This document shows positions 39,490 through 49,467 of a stretch of DNA of 64,000 bases, one piece after another. The translations under genes and the position numbers were made by a program. The notes under the pieces were generated by a model, which did no database searches, was not told the DNA's origin, and saw nothing but the letters and a program-made list of their open reading frames with translations. Within the stretch, counting starts at the first letter, position 1. Every line of letters begins with the position of its first letter. The stretch covers positions 960,001 through 1,024,000 of the forward strand of contig CP010425.1 in the NCBI GenBank assembly GCA_000830295.1, written 5' to 3'. The DNA is from an archaeon GW2011_AR15. GTDB taxonomy: Archaea; Nanobdellota; Nanobdellia; Woesearchaeales; GW2011-AR15.

Positions 39490-40104
39490 TTATATTTTTG
39501 GGATTAATATATTTCTTACATAATGCCCTGTCCCATTTCTAGGGATTAAAATGGGAACTATATCTCTTACCCAGTCTTTTTCAGGAATCCAGTCTCCCGG
39601 AGTCCCGTCTTTGTGCCTTATATTGAAATCATAGACAAGACCGCAGTCATATGCAACCCAGTGCGTATGGGAATAGGCCTGAGCCCATGCTTTCCAGCCT
39701 GAATATTTCCCCCCGGACCCTGTGAACTGTATAAATGCCAGCCCCGAAGGAAATTCGCCGAATGCTTCACTGGGCAGCTGGGGCTCTCCTGTTGTCCTGA
39801 TGCTTTTATGCGGCTCTCCGAATTCTCCCAGCAGTTCAAGCATAGGCTTTATTGAAATCCATCCTTTCTCCTGCCAGGCATAAGACCTCTCAATTACTTC
39901 CATGCATGATTTATTCAGGTAAGCTGCAGCTGAGGTAGGGCCGCAGTTTGCCAGTGTTTCCAATACATCATCTGGAATTCCTCTACCGGTCGGAACTTGC
40001 ACCATAAAAAGAGCGATTAGCATCTTATTTATAAATTTGCCTCGGTGCTCTTGAAAATGGGTATATGACAGATAATTTTTTATAGTCAGGGGCAAATCAG
40101 CCAT
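39490..40104 (-). CDS. Hypothetical protein, papain-fold/C39-like cysteine protease candidate
   Basis: NCGPTSAA...HWVAY...VYDFN gives Cys-His-Asp order and context. Start uncertain. Confidence 0.55.
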   Translation of the reverse strand: MADLPLTIKNYLSYTHFQEHRGKFINKMLIALFMVQVPTGRGIPDDVLETLANCGPTSAAAYLNKSCMEVIERSYAWQEKGWISIKPMLELLGEFGEPHKSIRTTGEPQLPSEAFGEFPSGLAFIQFTGSGGKYSGWKAWAQAYSHTHWVAYDCGLVYDFNIRHKDGTPGDWIPEKDWVRDIVPILIPRNGTGHYVRNILIPKI

Positions 40105-40110
40105 ATTGAG

Positions 40111-40323
40111 ATGGAATACATATATGTCTATCTGGTAACAGGGTTGTCTTTTTTTGCCATCTGGCTGACCATATTTATAGCGAGAAAAACAGGCTCAGCA
40201 GTGGCAATGATTGTGCTTTACCTGCTCTTTCTTATGATGGAGTTCAAACCATATTATGTAGACCTGCTTATTGGCGAGATGCGAAAAATGTACTATCGGA
40301 TATTAAGCAGGAACAAAATTTAA
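40111..40323 (+). CDS. Small membrane protein
   Basis: 70 aa with two hydrophobic helices. Confidence 0.5.
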   Translation: MEYIYVYLVTGLSFFAIWLTIFIARKTGSAVAMIVLYLLFLMMEFKPYYVDLLIGEMRKMYYRILSRNKI

Positions 40324-40348
40324 ATAGCCCTGAATATCACATTCATAT

Positions 40349-41035
40349 ATGCACAAATTAGTTCTGCTGAGGCACGGCGAAAGCGTCTGGAATAAGGAAA
40401 AGATATTCACCGGCTGGACAGATGTCGGGCTTTCAGAGAAAGGCATAGAGGAAGCAAAACAGGCCGGCAGGATTCTGAAGAAAAAGGGATACAAATTTGA
40501 CCTTGCATATACTTCTGTCCTGAAAAGGGCAATAGATACTCTTAAGCTTACTCTTGGCGAAATGGGGATTAAGGTTCCTGTGAAAAAGAGCTGGAGACTT
40601 AATGAGCGGCATTATGGTGCCCTTCAGGGATTCAGCAAAACAGAGATGGCTGAGAAAGTCGGCAAAGAGCAGGTTTTTACCTGGAGAAGGAGCTACGATG
40701 CAAGGCCGCCTGCACTGGAGAAGACAGACAGAAGATATCCTGGAAAAGATCCTCTCTATAAGGATGTTGATAAAAAAGATATCCCTGCATGCGAGAGCCT
40801 CAAGGACACAGTTGCAAGAGTGCTGCCATACTGGGAGGAGGAAATACTGCCCAGCATAAAATCAGGAAAAAGAGTAATCGTTTCAGCCCATGGCAACAGC
40901 CTGAGGGCGCTTGTAAAACACATCGACAATATTTCTGATGACGATATACCTAAGCTGGAAATACCCACCGGAATCCCTCTCGTATATGAATTTGATGAAG
41001 ATATAAGGCCTATAAGGCATTATTACCTGCAATAG
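40349..41035 (+). CDS. gpmA: 2,3-BPG-dependent phosphoglycerate mutase
   Basis: [42 protein letters not shown] and IPTGIP motifs. Confidence 0.97.
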   Translation: MHKLVLLRHGESVWNKEKIFTGWTDVGLSEKGIEEAKQAGRILKKKGYKFDLAYTSVLKRAIDTLKLTLGEMGIKVPVKKSWRLNERHYGALQGFSKTEMAEKVGKEQVFTWRRSYDARPPALEKTDRRYPGKDPLYKDVDKKDIPACESLKDTVARVLPYWEEEILPSIKSGKRVIVSAHGNSLRALVKHIDNISDDDIPKLEIPTGIPLVYEFDEDIRPIRHYYLQ

Positions 41036-41063
41036 CCGAGCTTCATGCTTTCCCTAGAGTTCC

Positions 41064-41084
41064 CGGAAACCCCCTTAGTTTCCG
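41064..41084. promoter_or_regulatory. Inverted repeat (possible operator or gpmA terminator)
   Basis: CGGAAAC-N7-GTTTCCG immediately upstream of TATA-like TTTAAAAA preceding ORF 41129. Confidence 0.35.
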
Positions 41085-41128
41085 AAAAATTTAAAAAAAA
41101 CAGCTTCACACCCCGTTCTTGATATAAA

Positions 41129-41296
41129 ATGTCAGATGACTACGTTGAGGACGAGTATGACGATTCAATAGAGGAGTCAAGCGAGGATCTTCTTGATGAT
41201 GATGAGCTTACCCCAGAAGAGCAGGCATTCCTGGAAGGCTATGAGGAGGACTCCGCTGAGGAAGAAGACGATGACCTTGACAAAGAATTTGAATAG
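41129..41296 (+). CDS. Small hyper-acidic protein (55 aa; not in ORF track)
   Basis: MSDDYVEDEYDDSIEESSEDLLDDDELTPEEQAFLEGYEEDSAEEEDDDLDKEFE; TATA-like element upstream; fills the intergenic gap. Confidence 0.75.
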   Translation: MSDDYVEDEYDDSIEESSEDLLDDDELTPEEQAFLEGYEEDSAEEEDDDLDKEFE

Positions 41297-41298
41297 CT

Positions 41299-42849
41299 CT
41301 AAATCTCAATATATTCCTTGAATTTTGAAATTGATTCCCTGTATTTTTTTATTTCTTCTGCTTTTTCCTTCAGTTTTTCGAGTTCAGAGACATAGTGCGC
41401 CCTTATCTTGTCGAGGCTCTCTTTTCCCTTTACCAGCTCATGCTCTTTTTTTCTTATTTTAGCCTCCTTTTTCTCAATATCCTGTGTCCTGCTCCTGATA
41501 TGCTCTTTTATGTTCTTTTTGTCATTGCTCAGTTTTTCAACCTCAAGCTTCAGTTCAGACAGCCTTTTTTCTTCCCTGTTTCGCATATCCAGCAGGTTCT
41601 TCACTTCAGCATCCAGCTCTTTTTTCTTTGTCTGGAAATCACTTTCATAAGAGCCGAGGACTTTCTCTTTTTCAGCAACAAGGTCAAGCCGTTCCAGCAG
41701 CTGGGTCCTCAGCATATTCAGTTTTTCACTTCTCTTCCCAAGTGCTTTTTCTTTTTCTGCAATTCTTCCCTTTTCGCTGTCTAATTCCTTATTCCTTCTC
41801 TCAAATTCTGCCTGCTCAGCTTTATTTGCGAGCCTGTCTTTTTTCATTGTTTTGTCCAGCTTCTGGAAGTCTTCTATCCTTTTTTCAAATTCCCTGGTTT
41901 TGTTTGCCAGTTTCTCTTCCAGTTTGATGACTCTGCTTTCCCTCTTGTTAAGCTCAAGGTCCAGGACATCAGTGTGAGTTTGCCTTTTCTTTAAGTCAGA
42001 AGACTCCTCTTTTAGTATTTCAGAAAACCTCAGCAGGTCTTTTTTCTTTGATTCAAATGCGCTCCTTTCTTTTTCAAAAGAATCTTTTTTTCCGGAAATA
42101 ATTACTTCTCTCTGCTTTATCTCAGACTCTTTCTCACCAAGCGCATTTGAATATTTCCTGAGCTCAGTTTCCTGCTTCCTGAGGCTTTTGGAGGATCTTT
42201 CAAGCAAAGCCTCCTCTGCCTCCATCTCTTTCATCAGCTTTTCAATTTTTTCACGGGTTTTTCCAAGCTCAATCTGCCTGTTCTCAAGCACCCTGTTTTC
42301 CTCAAGTGCATGCCTGTAAATCAGCTTTGCCTTGTGCTCCCTTATTTTTGTATGCTCAAACTTTTTCTCAAGAAGCGCCTCATACTCAGCAAGATGTTTT
42401 TCATACAGTTTCACGCCTGTCAGCTTTGCCTTGTAATCCTTCTTGTGCTTTTCAAAGCTTACTGCAAGCCCAGGCAGCTTATCTTCCAGCTCTTTCAGCT
42501 TCTTTTCCTTATAGTCAAGCTCACTGAATCTCTTTTTCAGCCCCTTGCCCAGAATATCAAGCTTCTTTTTCTTATCAGAGAGCTTTTTGTTGTGCCTTTG
42601 TATATGCCTGTGCTTTCTTTCAAGAGCCTCTTTCTCAGATTCAACTTTAAACAGCTCTCTTTTCCTGGATTCTTTCTCATTAAATATTCTTTTCAGGCTG
42701 TGCCTGACAAGCAGCTCTTTTCTTGCAGCATCCCTCAATTTAGAATCAACTCTGCTGTGAAGAGACTCAAGAGCCTGCTTTCTTTCAGAAATCTGTCTCT
42801 CAAGCTCTTTCAGCTCTTTCTGTTTTTTTCCAGTCTTTTTTTTAGCCAC
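41299..42849 (-). CDS. Long K/E-rich coiled-coil protein
   Basis: 516 aa of nearly continuous heptads; GTG start; no globular or ATPase domain. Confidence 0.8.
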   Translation of the reverse strand: MAKKKTGKKQKELKELERQISERKQALESLHSRVDSKLRDAARKELLVRHSLKRIFNEKESRKRELFKVESEKEALERKHRHIQRHNKKLSDKKKKLDILGKGLKKRFSELDYKEKKLKELEDKLPGLAVSFEKHKKDYKAKLTGVKLYEKHLAEYEALLEKKFEHTKIREHKAKLIYRHALEENRVLENRQIELGKTREKIEKLMKEMEAEEALLERSSKSLRKQETELRKYSNALGEKESEIKQREVIISGKKDSFEKERSAFESKKKDLLRFSEILKEESSDLKKRQTHTDVLDLELNKRESRVIKLEEKLANKTREFEKRIEDFQKLDKTMKKDRLANKAEQAEFERRNKELDSEKGRIAEKEKALGKRSEKLNMLRTQLLERLDLVAEKEKVLGSYESDFQTKKKELDAEVKNLLDMRNREEKRLSELKLEVEKLSNDKKNIKEHIRSRTQDIEKKEAKIRKKEHELVKGKESLDKIRAHYVSELEKLKEKAEEIKKYRESISKFKEYIEI

Positions 42850-43016
42850 AAGAATCCCCAGGAGAATAAATTGTTCTGTGATGGTTTATATATATTTCGA
42901 TTTGTTGTCTGCATTTAATTAATAGAAAAATATTGTATTTACTTAATGATAGTAAAAATAGGAATCTTTAAATATAGCCGGCTTTTTTTGATAGTATCTT
43001 TTAAGAAGGTGAAAAA

Positions 43017-43379
43017 ATGGACGCAAATCAGGACCTGGAAAAAGCATTAAAAATTTTACAATCAGTTCCAATAGACTCATGGAAACAAACTCAAGAAGCA
43101 AATACATTTGCAGCATATATAGAGAGTCCTAACGGGACACCATTAAACTTAAACTTAAGCTATCACATGGTGATGGGGCGCGTAGTTCTTTTACCCGGGC
43201 AAGAGGAACCTGAACCTAATAGAGGATATTATCTAAATATCAGAAATGGGAACGATCCTCTTAATGTTCTGTATACCGGGGTAATGTACGAACCAGACAG
43301 TGAATTTGGAAAGATATATCATCAACTCAAGGAGGAGAGATTTGCAAGAGAACATTTAACTTTGGAGGATGTATTTTAA
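43017..43379 (+). CDS. Hypothetical protein
   Basis: 120-aa ORF with SD AAGGTGA and TATA upstream. Confidence 0.7.
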   Translation: MDANQDLEKALKILQSVPIDSWKQTQEANTFAAYIESPNGTPLNLNLSYHMVMGRVVLLPGQEEPEPNRGYYLNIRNGNDPLNVLYTGVMYEPDSEFGKIYHQLKEERFAREHLTLEDVF

Positions 43380-43395
43380 TTTTATTCCAGTTCTC

Positions 43396-43737
43396 TTATT
43401 TTATTATAATCCTTTCAGCAATAATCTCTTTTTCACCATTGTATTCAGATATCTTTCCTGCAATCTCTACGCTGTCGCCAGGGGCAATTTCAATATCAGA
43501 TGAGAAGACAACAGCATTTATTTCAGTGGTTTCTGCCAGCACAAGACGTGTTGCCTCTCCCTTCCGGCTTACTGAAACAACTTTCCCTGCTACCTTTACA
43601 GATTCTTCTGTTTCCCCACTAGTTATCTTGTCTATGGTTGTGTCGTTTATCTCAATCGACTCAGCAACAGCATAGATCAGGCATAGCCCGACCAGTGATA
43701 CGAGTATAGCTATCCTTAGCAGGGTTGATTCTTTCAT
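43396..43737 (-). CDS. Membrane-anchored OB-fold protein
   Basis: N-terminal TM; VKVAGKV...INAVVF...GDSVEIAGKISEYNGEKEII OB pattern. Confidence 0.8.
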   Translation of the reverse strand: MKESTLLRIAILVSLVGLCLIYAVAESIEINDTTIDKITSGETEESVKVAGKVVSVSRKGEATRLVLAETTEINAVVFSSDIEIAPGDSVEIAGKISEYNGEKEIIAERIIIK

Positions 43738-43749
43738 TTTAACGGGAGA

Positions 43750-45660
43750 CTAATGCTTTTTTGTTTTTGCCCTGAGCTGATGAAGTACTTTTTCATGCCC
43801 TTTCCAGTCAAGGGCAGTCTCAAGGACTTCAAGAATGTTTTCCACAGGTATGACTTTTATTTTTGAAAGCTGCTCAGGAGAGATTATAATATCCCTCATG
43901 TTACTCTTGGGCACAATGACATACTTAAGTCCTGCTTCAATTGCTGCTTCCACTTTGCTTGTCACACCGCCTACAGGCAGCACTTCCCCTCTTACAGAGA
44001 GTGAGCCGGTCATTGCATGATCCTGCTTGATAGGCACTTCCTTCAGCGCGGAGATTATTGTTGTTGCAACAGCAATGCTGGCTGAATCCCCCTCAACACC
44101 TTCGTGAGTCTGGAGGAACTGGACATAAATGTCATATTTGTGCTGGATATCCTCTCCAAAGTATTTCCTTACGATAGCAGTGACATTTTTTATAGCTTCC
44201 TTGGCAATTTCCCCAAGGTTTCCGGTTGCAATTACCTGAGACTCTTTTCCGCCAAGCGTAACCTCTGATTCAATAGGGAGTATAATTCCTGAGAAAGCTG
44301 CTCCTCCGCCGATTACAGCAAGCCCGTTTACCCTTCCGACCTGCTTTCCTGATGTCCTTATCACTTCGTATTCCTTTTTCCTGTCTATATATTTGTCAGC
44401 TATCTGCTGCTCAAGTGTCCTTGAAATCTGCTTTGCCTTCTTTATGTGTTCAGGCTCAACAAGCTTATCTCCTTTTTCAGCAGCAACATCACCGGCAGCC
44501 CTTACAAGCCCTCCGAGATCCCTTAACCTCAGCGTAAGATGGCCTTTCCTGTTGGCCCTTTTCCTTGCCTCTTTTATTATCTCTTCGACAGCGGCTTTTG
44601 AGAAATGGGGGATCCTCTCATCTTTCTGGACTTCCTGGGCTATGAAAACAGCCAGCTTTTCCCTGTTTTCTTCATTATCCGGAATAGTCTCATCCATGAA
44701 AACCTCATAGCCGTATCCCCTTATCCTTGACCTTAAAGCAGGATGCATGTGCTTTACAGTCTCAAGGTTGCCTGCTGCCACGAGAATGAATTTGCATGGT
44801 ACAGGCTCTGTCCTTACCATAGCTCCCGCCGACCTTTCGGACTGGCCTGTAATTGCATACTTGCCTTCCTGCAGTGATGTAAGCAGCTCCTGCTGCGTCT
44901 GCGGCTGCAGTGTTGCAATCTCATCTATAAACAGCACACCCATATGGGCCTTGTGTATCATTCCCGCAACAACCCTGTCATGGCTGGGAGTGCCGAGCCC
45001 TCCGGACTGGAACGGGTCATGGAGGACATCCCCAAGCAGAGCTCCGGCATGGCTACCTGTTGCATCAAAGAATGGTGCCTGTTTTTTCCCAAAATTATCA
45101 ACAATAACCCTTGGAGCAAGTGTTTTCTGCTCCATCTTCCTCCCGAAGTTCATCATGAATATAAATCCGAACACAAACACGATTCCTGTCACCATTGATG
45201 CAGAATATATTATTGCGTTTGCAGTCGGGTTTCCCGGAACAAAGAATTCGTTCTTCCACAAATAGTAAGGCACAAGTGTTGAAATTATTATAAGTATTAT
45301 CATGATTACATTCATATGGCTCATTGAGGTATTGCTCTGTATCTTTGCCTTCATGGCAAATTCCCTTCCTTTTCCGCCTGCCATTGTCCTTATCAGCGGC
45401 TGGTTTTCATCATTGGGATTCGGGAAAGACAGGATATCAACAAGCTTTTCTTTTGGCAGAAGCTCAGCAAGAGCAATGCCCAGCATGGATTTTCCGGTTC
45501 CGGGCTCTCCTATAAGCAGGACGTGCCTTCTCTGCCCAGCAGCCTTTTTTATTATATTTACGGCATGCTCCTGTCCTATTACCTGGTCCACAATTTTTTT
45601 GGAAACAGGTATATCCTTTGTAGTCCTGAATTTGAGCCCCTTTGCCTTTTTTTCAGCCAT
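43750..45660 (-). CDS. lonB: Archaeal membrane-bound Lon protease
   Basis: [10 protein letters not shown] insertion, [17 protein letters not shown], catalytic GVEGDSAS and PVGGVTSK. Confidence 0.96.
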   Translation of the reverse strand: MAEKKAKGLKFRTTKDIPVSKKIVDQVIGQEHAVNIIKKAAGQRRHVLLIGEPGTGKSMLGIALAELLPKEKLVDILSFPNPNDENQPLIRTMAGGKGREFAMKAKIQSNTSMSHMNVIMIILIIISTLVPYYLWKNEFFVPGNPTANAIIYSASMVTGIVFVFGFIFMMNFGRKMEQKTLAPRVIVDNFGKKQAPFFDATGSHAGALLGDVLHDPFQSGGLGTPSHDRVVAGMIHKAHMGVLFIDEIATLQPQTQQELLTSLQEGKYAITGQSERSAGAMVRTEPVPCKFILVAAGNLETVKHMHPALRSRIRGYGYEVFMDETIPDNEENREKLAVFIAQEVQKDERIPHFSKAAVEEIIKEARKRANRKGHLTLRLRDLGGLVRAAGDVAAEKGDKLVEPEHIKKAKQISRTLEQQIADKYIDRKKEYEVIRTSGKQVGRVNGLAVIGGGAAFSGIILPIESEVTLGGKESQVIATGNLGEIAKEAIKNVTAIVRKYFGEDIQHKYDIYVQFLQTHEGVEGDSASIAVATTIISALKEVPIKQDHAMTGSLSVRGEVLPVGGVTSKVEAAIEAGLKYVIVPKSNMRDIIISPEQLSKIKVIPVENILEVLETALDWKGHEKVLHQLRAKTKKH

Positions 45661-45716
45661 TCTAAACCGTAAAATGCACTTGGTATTTAAATTTAGTGAT
45701 AGAAAATATGCAGATT

Positions 45717-46421
45717 TTATTTCTCGGAAACAGCAGATGAGTAATATTCAACAGCCTTGGCTATATCATGCTTTGTTATCTCTGCCACTTTTTTATTGAG
45801 CTGGAATATTTTTGAGCCTGCAGAATCCCACAGGAAAGTCCCTGAAAAATTCCTTGAAGGCTCCACTATCATATCTGGCGGGACAAAAAAAGAGCTGTAG
45901 ATATTCTCTTTCAGCATGTCCGGAGTTATTGAATCAATGTCAAGCTTCTCGTCCAGTATTTTTCTTATTATCACTCTTGACGCATCAGCAATCTCCTGCT
46001 TAGGGTCATAGTTTATGCATATGTTAAGGAAGAAGTGGTCGAAATCATGAGTCTCGCTGCTGAGCTTTTTCAGCTCTTCAACAAGCTGCCCTTGCAGATC
46101 ATACCACCTGCCAAAGACATTTATGTTCATCTTATGCTCTATGGCTTTTTTCAGAAGCACTTTGCACTCTCCGTAAAGCGCTTTTTCACTTATGTTTTCT
46201 TTTTTTCCGAGAGATACTGTAAGAATAGGAATGTTTTTTTCTTTCTGAAGATCCATTAGTTCAGAGAAGAAGCCTAAAAGTTTCCTGAAGTCCTCTTCTT
46301 TGCTCTCTTCTGCTGAATTCAGCGGATAAAGGTTTATCAGGACATGCTTCGGAAGATTCTTTTCCTCCGGAGTCCTCTGCAGCAATGCCTGCAGTTTTTT
46401 CAGGTCGATTAATCCGGGCAT
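45717..46421 (-). CDS. Degenerate cis-prenyltransferase (UppS-like)
   Basis: [34 protein letters not shown] and FSGTFLWDS resemble UppS, but the DGNRR and RTSG catalytic motifs are absent. Confidence 0.75.
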   Translation of the reverse strand: MPGLIDLKKLQALLQRTPEEKNLPKHVLINLYPLNSAEESKEEDFRKLLGFFSELMDLQKEKNIPILTVSLGKKENISEKALYGECKVLLKKAIEHKMNINVFGRWYDLQGQLVEELKKLSSETHDFDHFFLNICINYDPKQEIADASRVIIRKILDEKLDIDSITPDMLKENIYSSFFVPPDMIVEPSRNFSGTFLWDSAGSKIFQLNKKVAEITKHDIAKAVEYYSSAVSEK

Positions 46422-46493
46422 ATATTTTTGGATATCTCAGATCTTTTTAAGAGTTTGGTTATATTTTTAAAAGCAGCCAGTTTCCCAGAAGCT

Positions 46494-48179
46494 ATGGAAG
46501 GATTTTATGAAGAGATAGTATCAGTGCTGAAAAAGAAGAAGCTTTCGAAAAAAGAGCTTAACAGGCTGAAGACCAAGCTTTCAAAAAAATACGGGCTCAG
46601 GAAGATTCCAACAGACGCAGATATAATCCTTAATGCTGATCCTGAATATGCAGAAAAACTGGAGCTTATCACAAAGCCGACAAGAACATTGTCAGGAGTC
46701 GCTCCAATAGCACTGATGACAAGACCCCATAAGTGCCCGCACGGGACATGCATATACTGCCCCGGAGGACCTGGCAGCATCTTTGGCGATGTCCCACAGT
46801 CATACACAGGCAGGGAGCCAAGCACAATGAGGTCTGCAAGAAACCATTATGACCCTTATCTTGTTGTTTTCAACAGGCTTGAGCAGTTCTTCATACTCAA
46901 CCAGAACCCTGAAAAGACAGAGATCATCATACAGGGCGGCACATTCCCTTCGCTTGACGATAAGTATAAGGAAGAGTTTGTCATGTATGTATTCAAGGCA
47001 ATGAATGATTTTTCGGACAAGTTCTACAAAAATAATAAGTTTGATTTTGTCTCATTCAAAAAATTCTTTGAGCTGCCGGGAGACATAAAGGATGCAGAAA
47101 GAACCAGCAGAGTCCAGCAGAAAGTGCTGAAATTAAAAAAGAGTTCCGGGCTTGAAAAAGAAAAGAAGAGAAATGAGAGCTCAAGAATAAGATGCGTAGG
47201 CCTCACAATAGAGACAAAGCCTGACTGGGGGCTCCTTAAGCAGGGAAACGAGATGCTGGAATATGGCTGCACAAGAGTCGAGCTTGGAGTCCAGGCAACA
47301 GATGACAGGATACAGAGGTTCACAAACAGGGGACATGGCATAAAGGAGACAGTAGAGAGCACAAGGATACTGAAAGACCTTGGATTCAAGATAAATTATC
47401 ACATGATGCCAGGGCTTCCGCTCAGCAGCCCTGAAAAAGACCTTGAGATGCTCAGGGAAACAATAGAAAACCCAGATTTCAAGCCGGACATGTTCAAGAT
47501 ATATCCGACAATGGTGCTGAAAGGCACAGCGCTTTACAGGATGTGGCAAAAAGGAAAATACCTGCCAATGACGAGAGAAACAGCAGCGGAAATAATTTCA
47601 GAGTTCAAGCGCTACATACCGCGCTGGGTGAGGATAATGAGGGTCCAGAGGGATATTCCCACATATGTCACAGAAGCCGGGGTTGACAGGACTAATCTCA
47701 GGCAGTATGTTGAAGAAAAACTCAGGCAGAAAAAAATTGCATGCAGATGCATAAGGTGCAGAGAAGCGGGACTTGTCTCAAGAAAGGAAAACATCAGCAA
47801 AATTATTCCTGAGCTTTTTGTTGAAGAATACGAGGCAAGCAGGGGAAGAGAATTTTTTATTTCTTTTGAGAGCCGTGACAGGAAAGTGCTTTTCGGCTAC
47901 TGCAGGCTGAGATTCCCCTCGCAGTTTTTGAGGAAAGAAATAACAGAGGGGAGCGCACTGCTGAGGGAGCTGCATGTTGTGGGAACAGCAACAGGGATAG
48001 GGGGGGAAGGGAATGTGCAGCACAGGGGCATGGGGAAAAAGCTGCTTGAGAAAGCAGAGAAAATTGCCTTAGAGAATGGCAAGAGCAAGATGGTCGTCAT
48101 TTCAGGGGTCGGAGTAAGGGAATATTACAGGAAGCTTGGATATAAGAGACAAGGACCATACATGGCAAAATTACTCTGA
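46494..48179 (+). CDS. elp3: Elp3 tRNA U34 acetyltransferase (radical SAM plus GNAT)
   Basis: KPTRTLSGVAP, CPHGTCIYCPGG, QSYTGREP, RVQRDIP, RELHV, QHRGMG and GVGVREYY motifs. Start placed at MEGFY. Confidence 0.96.
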   Translation: MEGFYEEIVSVLKKKKLSKKELNRLKTKLSKKYGLRKIPTDADIILNADPEYAEKLELITKPTRTLSGVAPIALMTRPHKCPHGTCIYCPGGPGSIFGDVPQSYTGREPSTMRSARNHYDPYLVVFNRLEQFFILNQNPEKTEIIIQGGTFPSLDDKYKEEFVMYVFKAMNDFSDKFYKNNKFDFVSFKKFFELPGDIKDAERTSRVQQKVLKLKKSSGLEKEKKRNESSRIRCVGLTIETKPDWGLLKQGNEMLEYGCTRVELGVQATDDRIQRFTNRGHGIKETVESTRILKDLGFKINYHMMPGLPLSSPEKDLEMLRETIENPDFKPDMFKIYPTMVLKGTALYRMWQKGKYLPMTRETAAEIISEFKRYIPRWVRIMRVQRDIPTYVTEAGVDRTNLRQYVEEKLRQKKIACRCIRCREAGLVSRKENISKIIPELFVEEYEASRGREFFISFESRDRKVLFGYCRLRFPSQFLRKEITEGSALLRELHVVGTATGIGGEGNVQHRGMGKKLLEKAEKIALENGKSKMVVISGVGVREYYRKLGYKRQGPYMAKLL

Positions 48180-48222
48180 TATTCAGATAAATTTAAATAT
48201 CCTCTTTTTCATTGTCACTGAA

Positions 48223-48486
48223 ATGACGAATGCCCAGGGCTTCCTGGATGAGATTATTATTAATATCAAGACAAGCATTGCTACTGGCATTGATGTTTCT
48301 TCTGTTAAATTCTGCGAAACTCTCTGCAATCCCCCTTTTCTTATGAATGAGCGCGGGAAGTGCAACATGTATGTAGAAAGGCCTGAATTAAAAGAAGCAT
48401 ATATATGCCCTTATCTAAAGAAAGAAGACAGATGCGGCAAGGACTCAAGAACTCCGTTAGGTAAAAATTACCTTACCTATGCATAA
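48223..48486 (+). CDS. Small Cys-containing hypothetical protein
   Basis: 87 aa from ATG 48223 with five Cys; TATA-like TTTAAATA upstream. Confidence 0.55.
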   Translation: MTNAQGFLDEIIINIKTSIATGIDVSSVKFCETLCNPPFLMNERGKCNMYVERPELKEAYICPYLKKEDRCGKDSRTPLGKNYLTYA

Positions 48487-48547
48487 TTACCCAAAATTAT
48501 TTAAAGAATATAATACTCACACAATTCTATAAGGTGTTTTTCGGGTT

Positions 48548-48838
48548 ATGAGTAAAATAAGACTGTTAGTTTTAGACGTTCTAAAACCACACGAGCCGTC
48601 AATAATGCGGATTGCTACAGCATTAAGCGACCTTGAGGGAGTTGATGGCGCAGATATTACGGTATATGAGATAGACAGCAAAGTGGAGAACGTAAAAGTC
48701 ACGCTGCAGGGCAAGGATATTGATTTCGCGCAGGTCAAGGAAATAATGGAAGAGAATGGCGCTTCTATACACAGTATCGACAAGGTATCAACCGGAGCTG
48801 TGATTGTTGAGGAGGCCCATACCCATCAGGATACTTAA
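48548..48838 (+). CDS. DUF211 family protein
   Basis: IRLLVLDVLKPHEP...GASIHSIDKV motif. Confidence 0.9.
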   Translation: MSKIRLLVLDVLKPHEPSIMRIATALSDLEGVDGADITVYEIDSKVENVKVTLQGKDIDFAQVKEIMEENGASIHSIDKVSTGAVIVEEAHTHQDT

Positions 48839-48853
48839 TCCAGATGAAAACTC

Positions 48854-49435
48854 ATGGAATTCTTAAAAAAATTAAAGGAATACAACAGGATTGCAAAAAT
48901 TTCTGAGATAGCAAGAAGATACTTTGTAATGAATTCTTTTGACGGCATACTTACTATACTGGGCATCCTCATAGGAACCTATGTTGCAAAAGTGGAGAGC
49001 CCGCACATTATCATTTCCACGGGAATTGCAGCAAGCATTGCCATGGCTGTTTCAGGCATGTGGGGAACATATCTGACTGAAGAGGCAGAGCGAAAAAAGA
49101 AGCTGAAGGATTTAAGAAAGCATATCATGGTGGACCTGGAGAAGACCAAGCTTGGGGAAGCGGAAAGGGCAGCTGCAATAATAGTGTCTTTCATAGACGG
49201 AGCTGCGCCATTCCTTTCAGCAGTGATTGTGCTCATACCTTTTTTCCTTATTAACCTTATCAACCTTCAGATTGCATATTCAATCAGCATAGCACTGGCG
49301 TTTGTGCTCCTTATAATACTCGGCGGGTTCCTGGGGCATATATCAAAAGAAAGCATACTGAAGAATGCACTGAAGATGCTGCTTGCAGGCATTGTTTCTG
49401 TGGTATTGATACTCCTTCTTGGCAGCTATGGTTAA
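48854..49435 (+). CDS. VIT1/CCC1-related membrane protein (TIGR00267-like)
   Basis: ARRYFVMNSFDGILTILG and SGMWGTYLTEEAER motifs; usual partner of DUF211. Confidence 0.88.
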   Translation: MEFLKKLKEYNRIAKISEIARRYFVMNSFDGILTILGILIGTYVAKVESPHIIISTGIAASIAMAVSGMWGTYLTEEAERKKKLKDLRKHIMVDLEKTKLGEAERAAAIIVSFIDGAAPFLSAVIVLIPFFLINLINLQIAYSISIALAFVLLIILGGFLGHISKESILKNALKMLLAGIVSVVLILLLGSYG

Positions 49436-49467
49436 TTTTTTAAATGAGGCAGTCCTCTTCCGCAAAT

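Noticed and set aside
42310-42918. 202-aa hydrophobic plus-strand ORF and neighbouring shadows
   Set aside because: Antisense artefacts of the K/E-rich coiled-coil gene.
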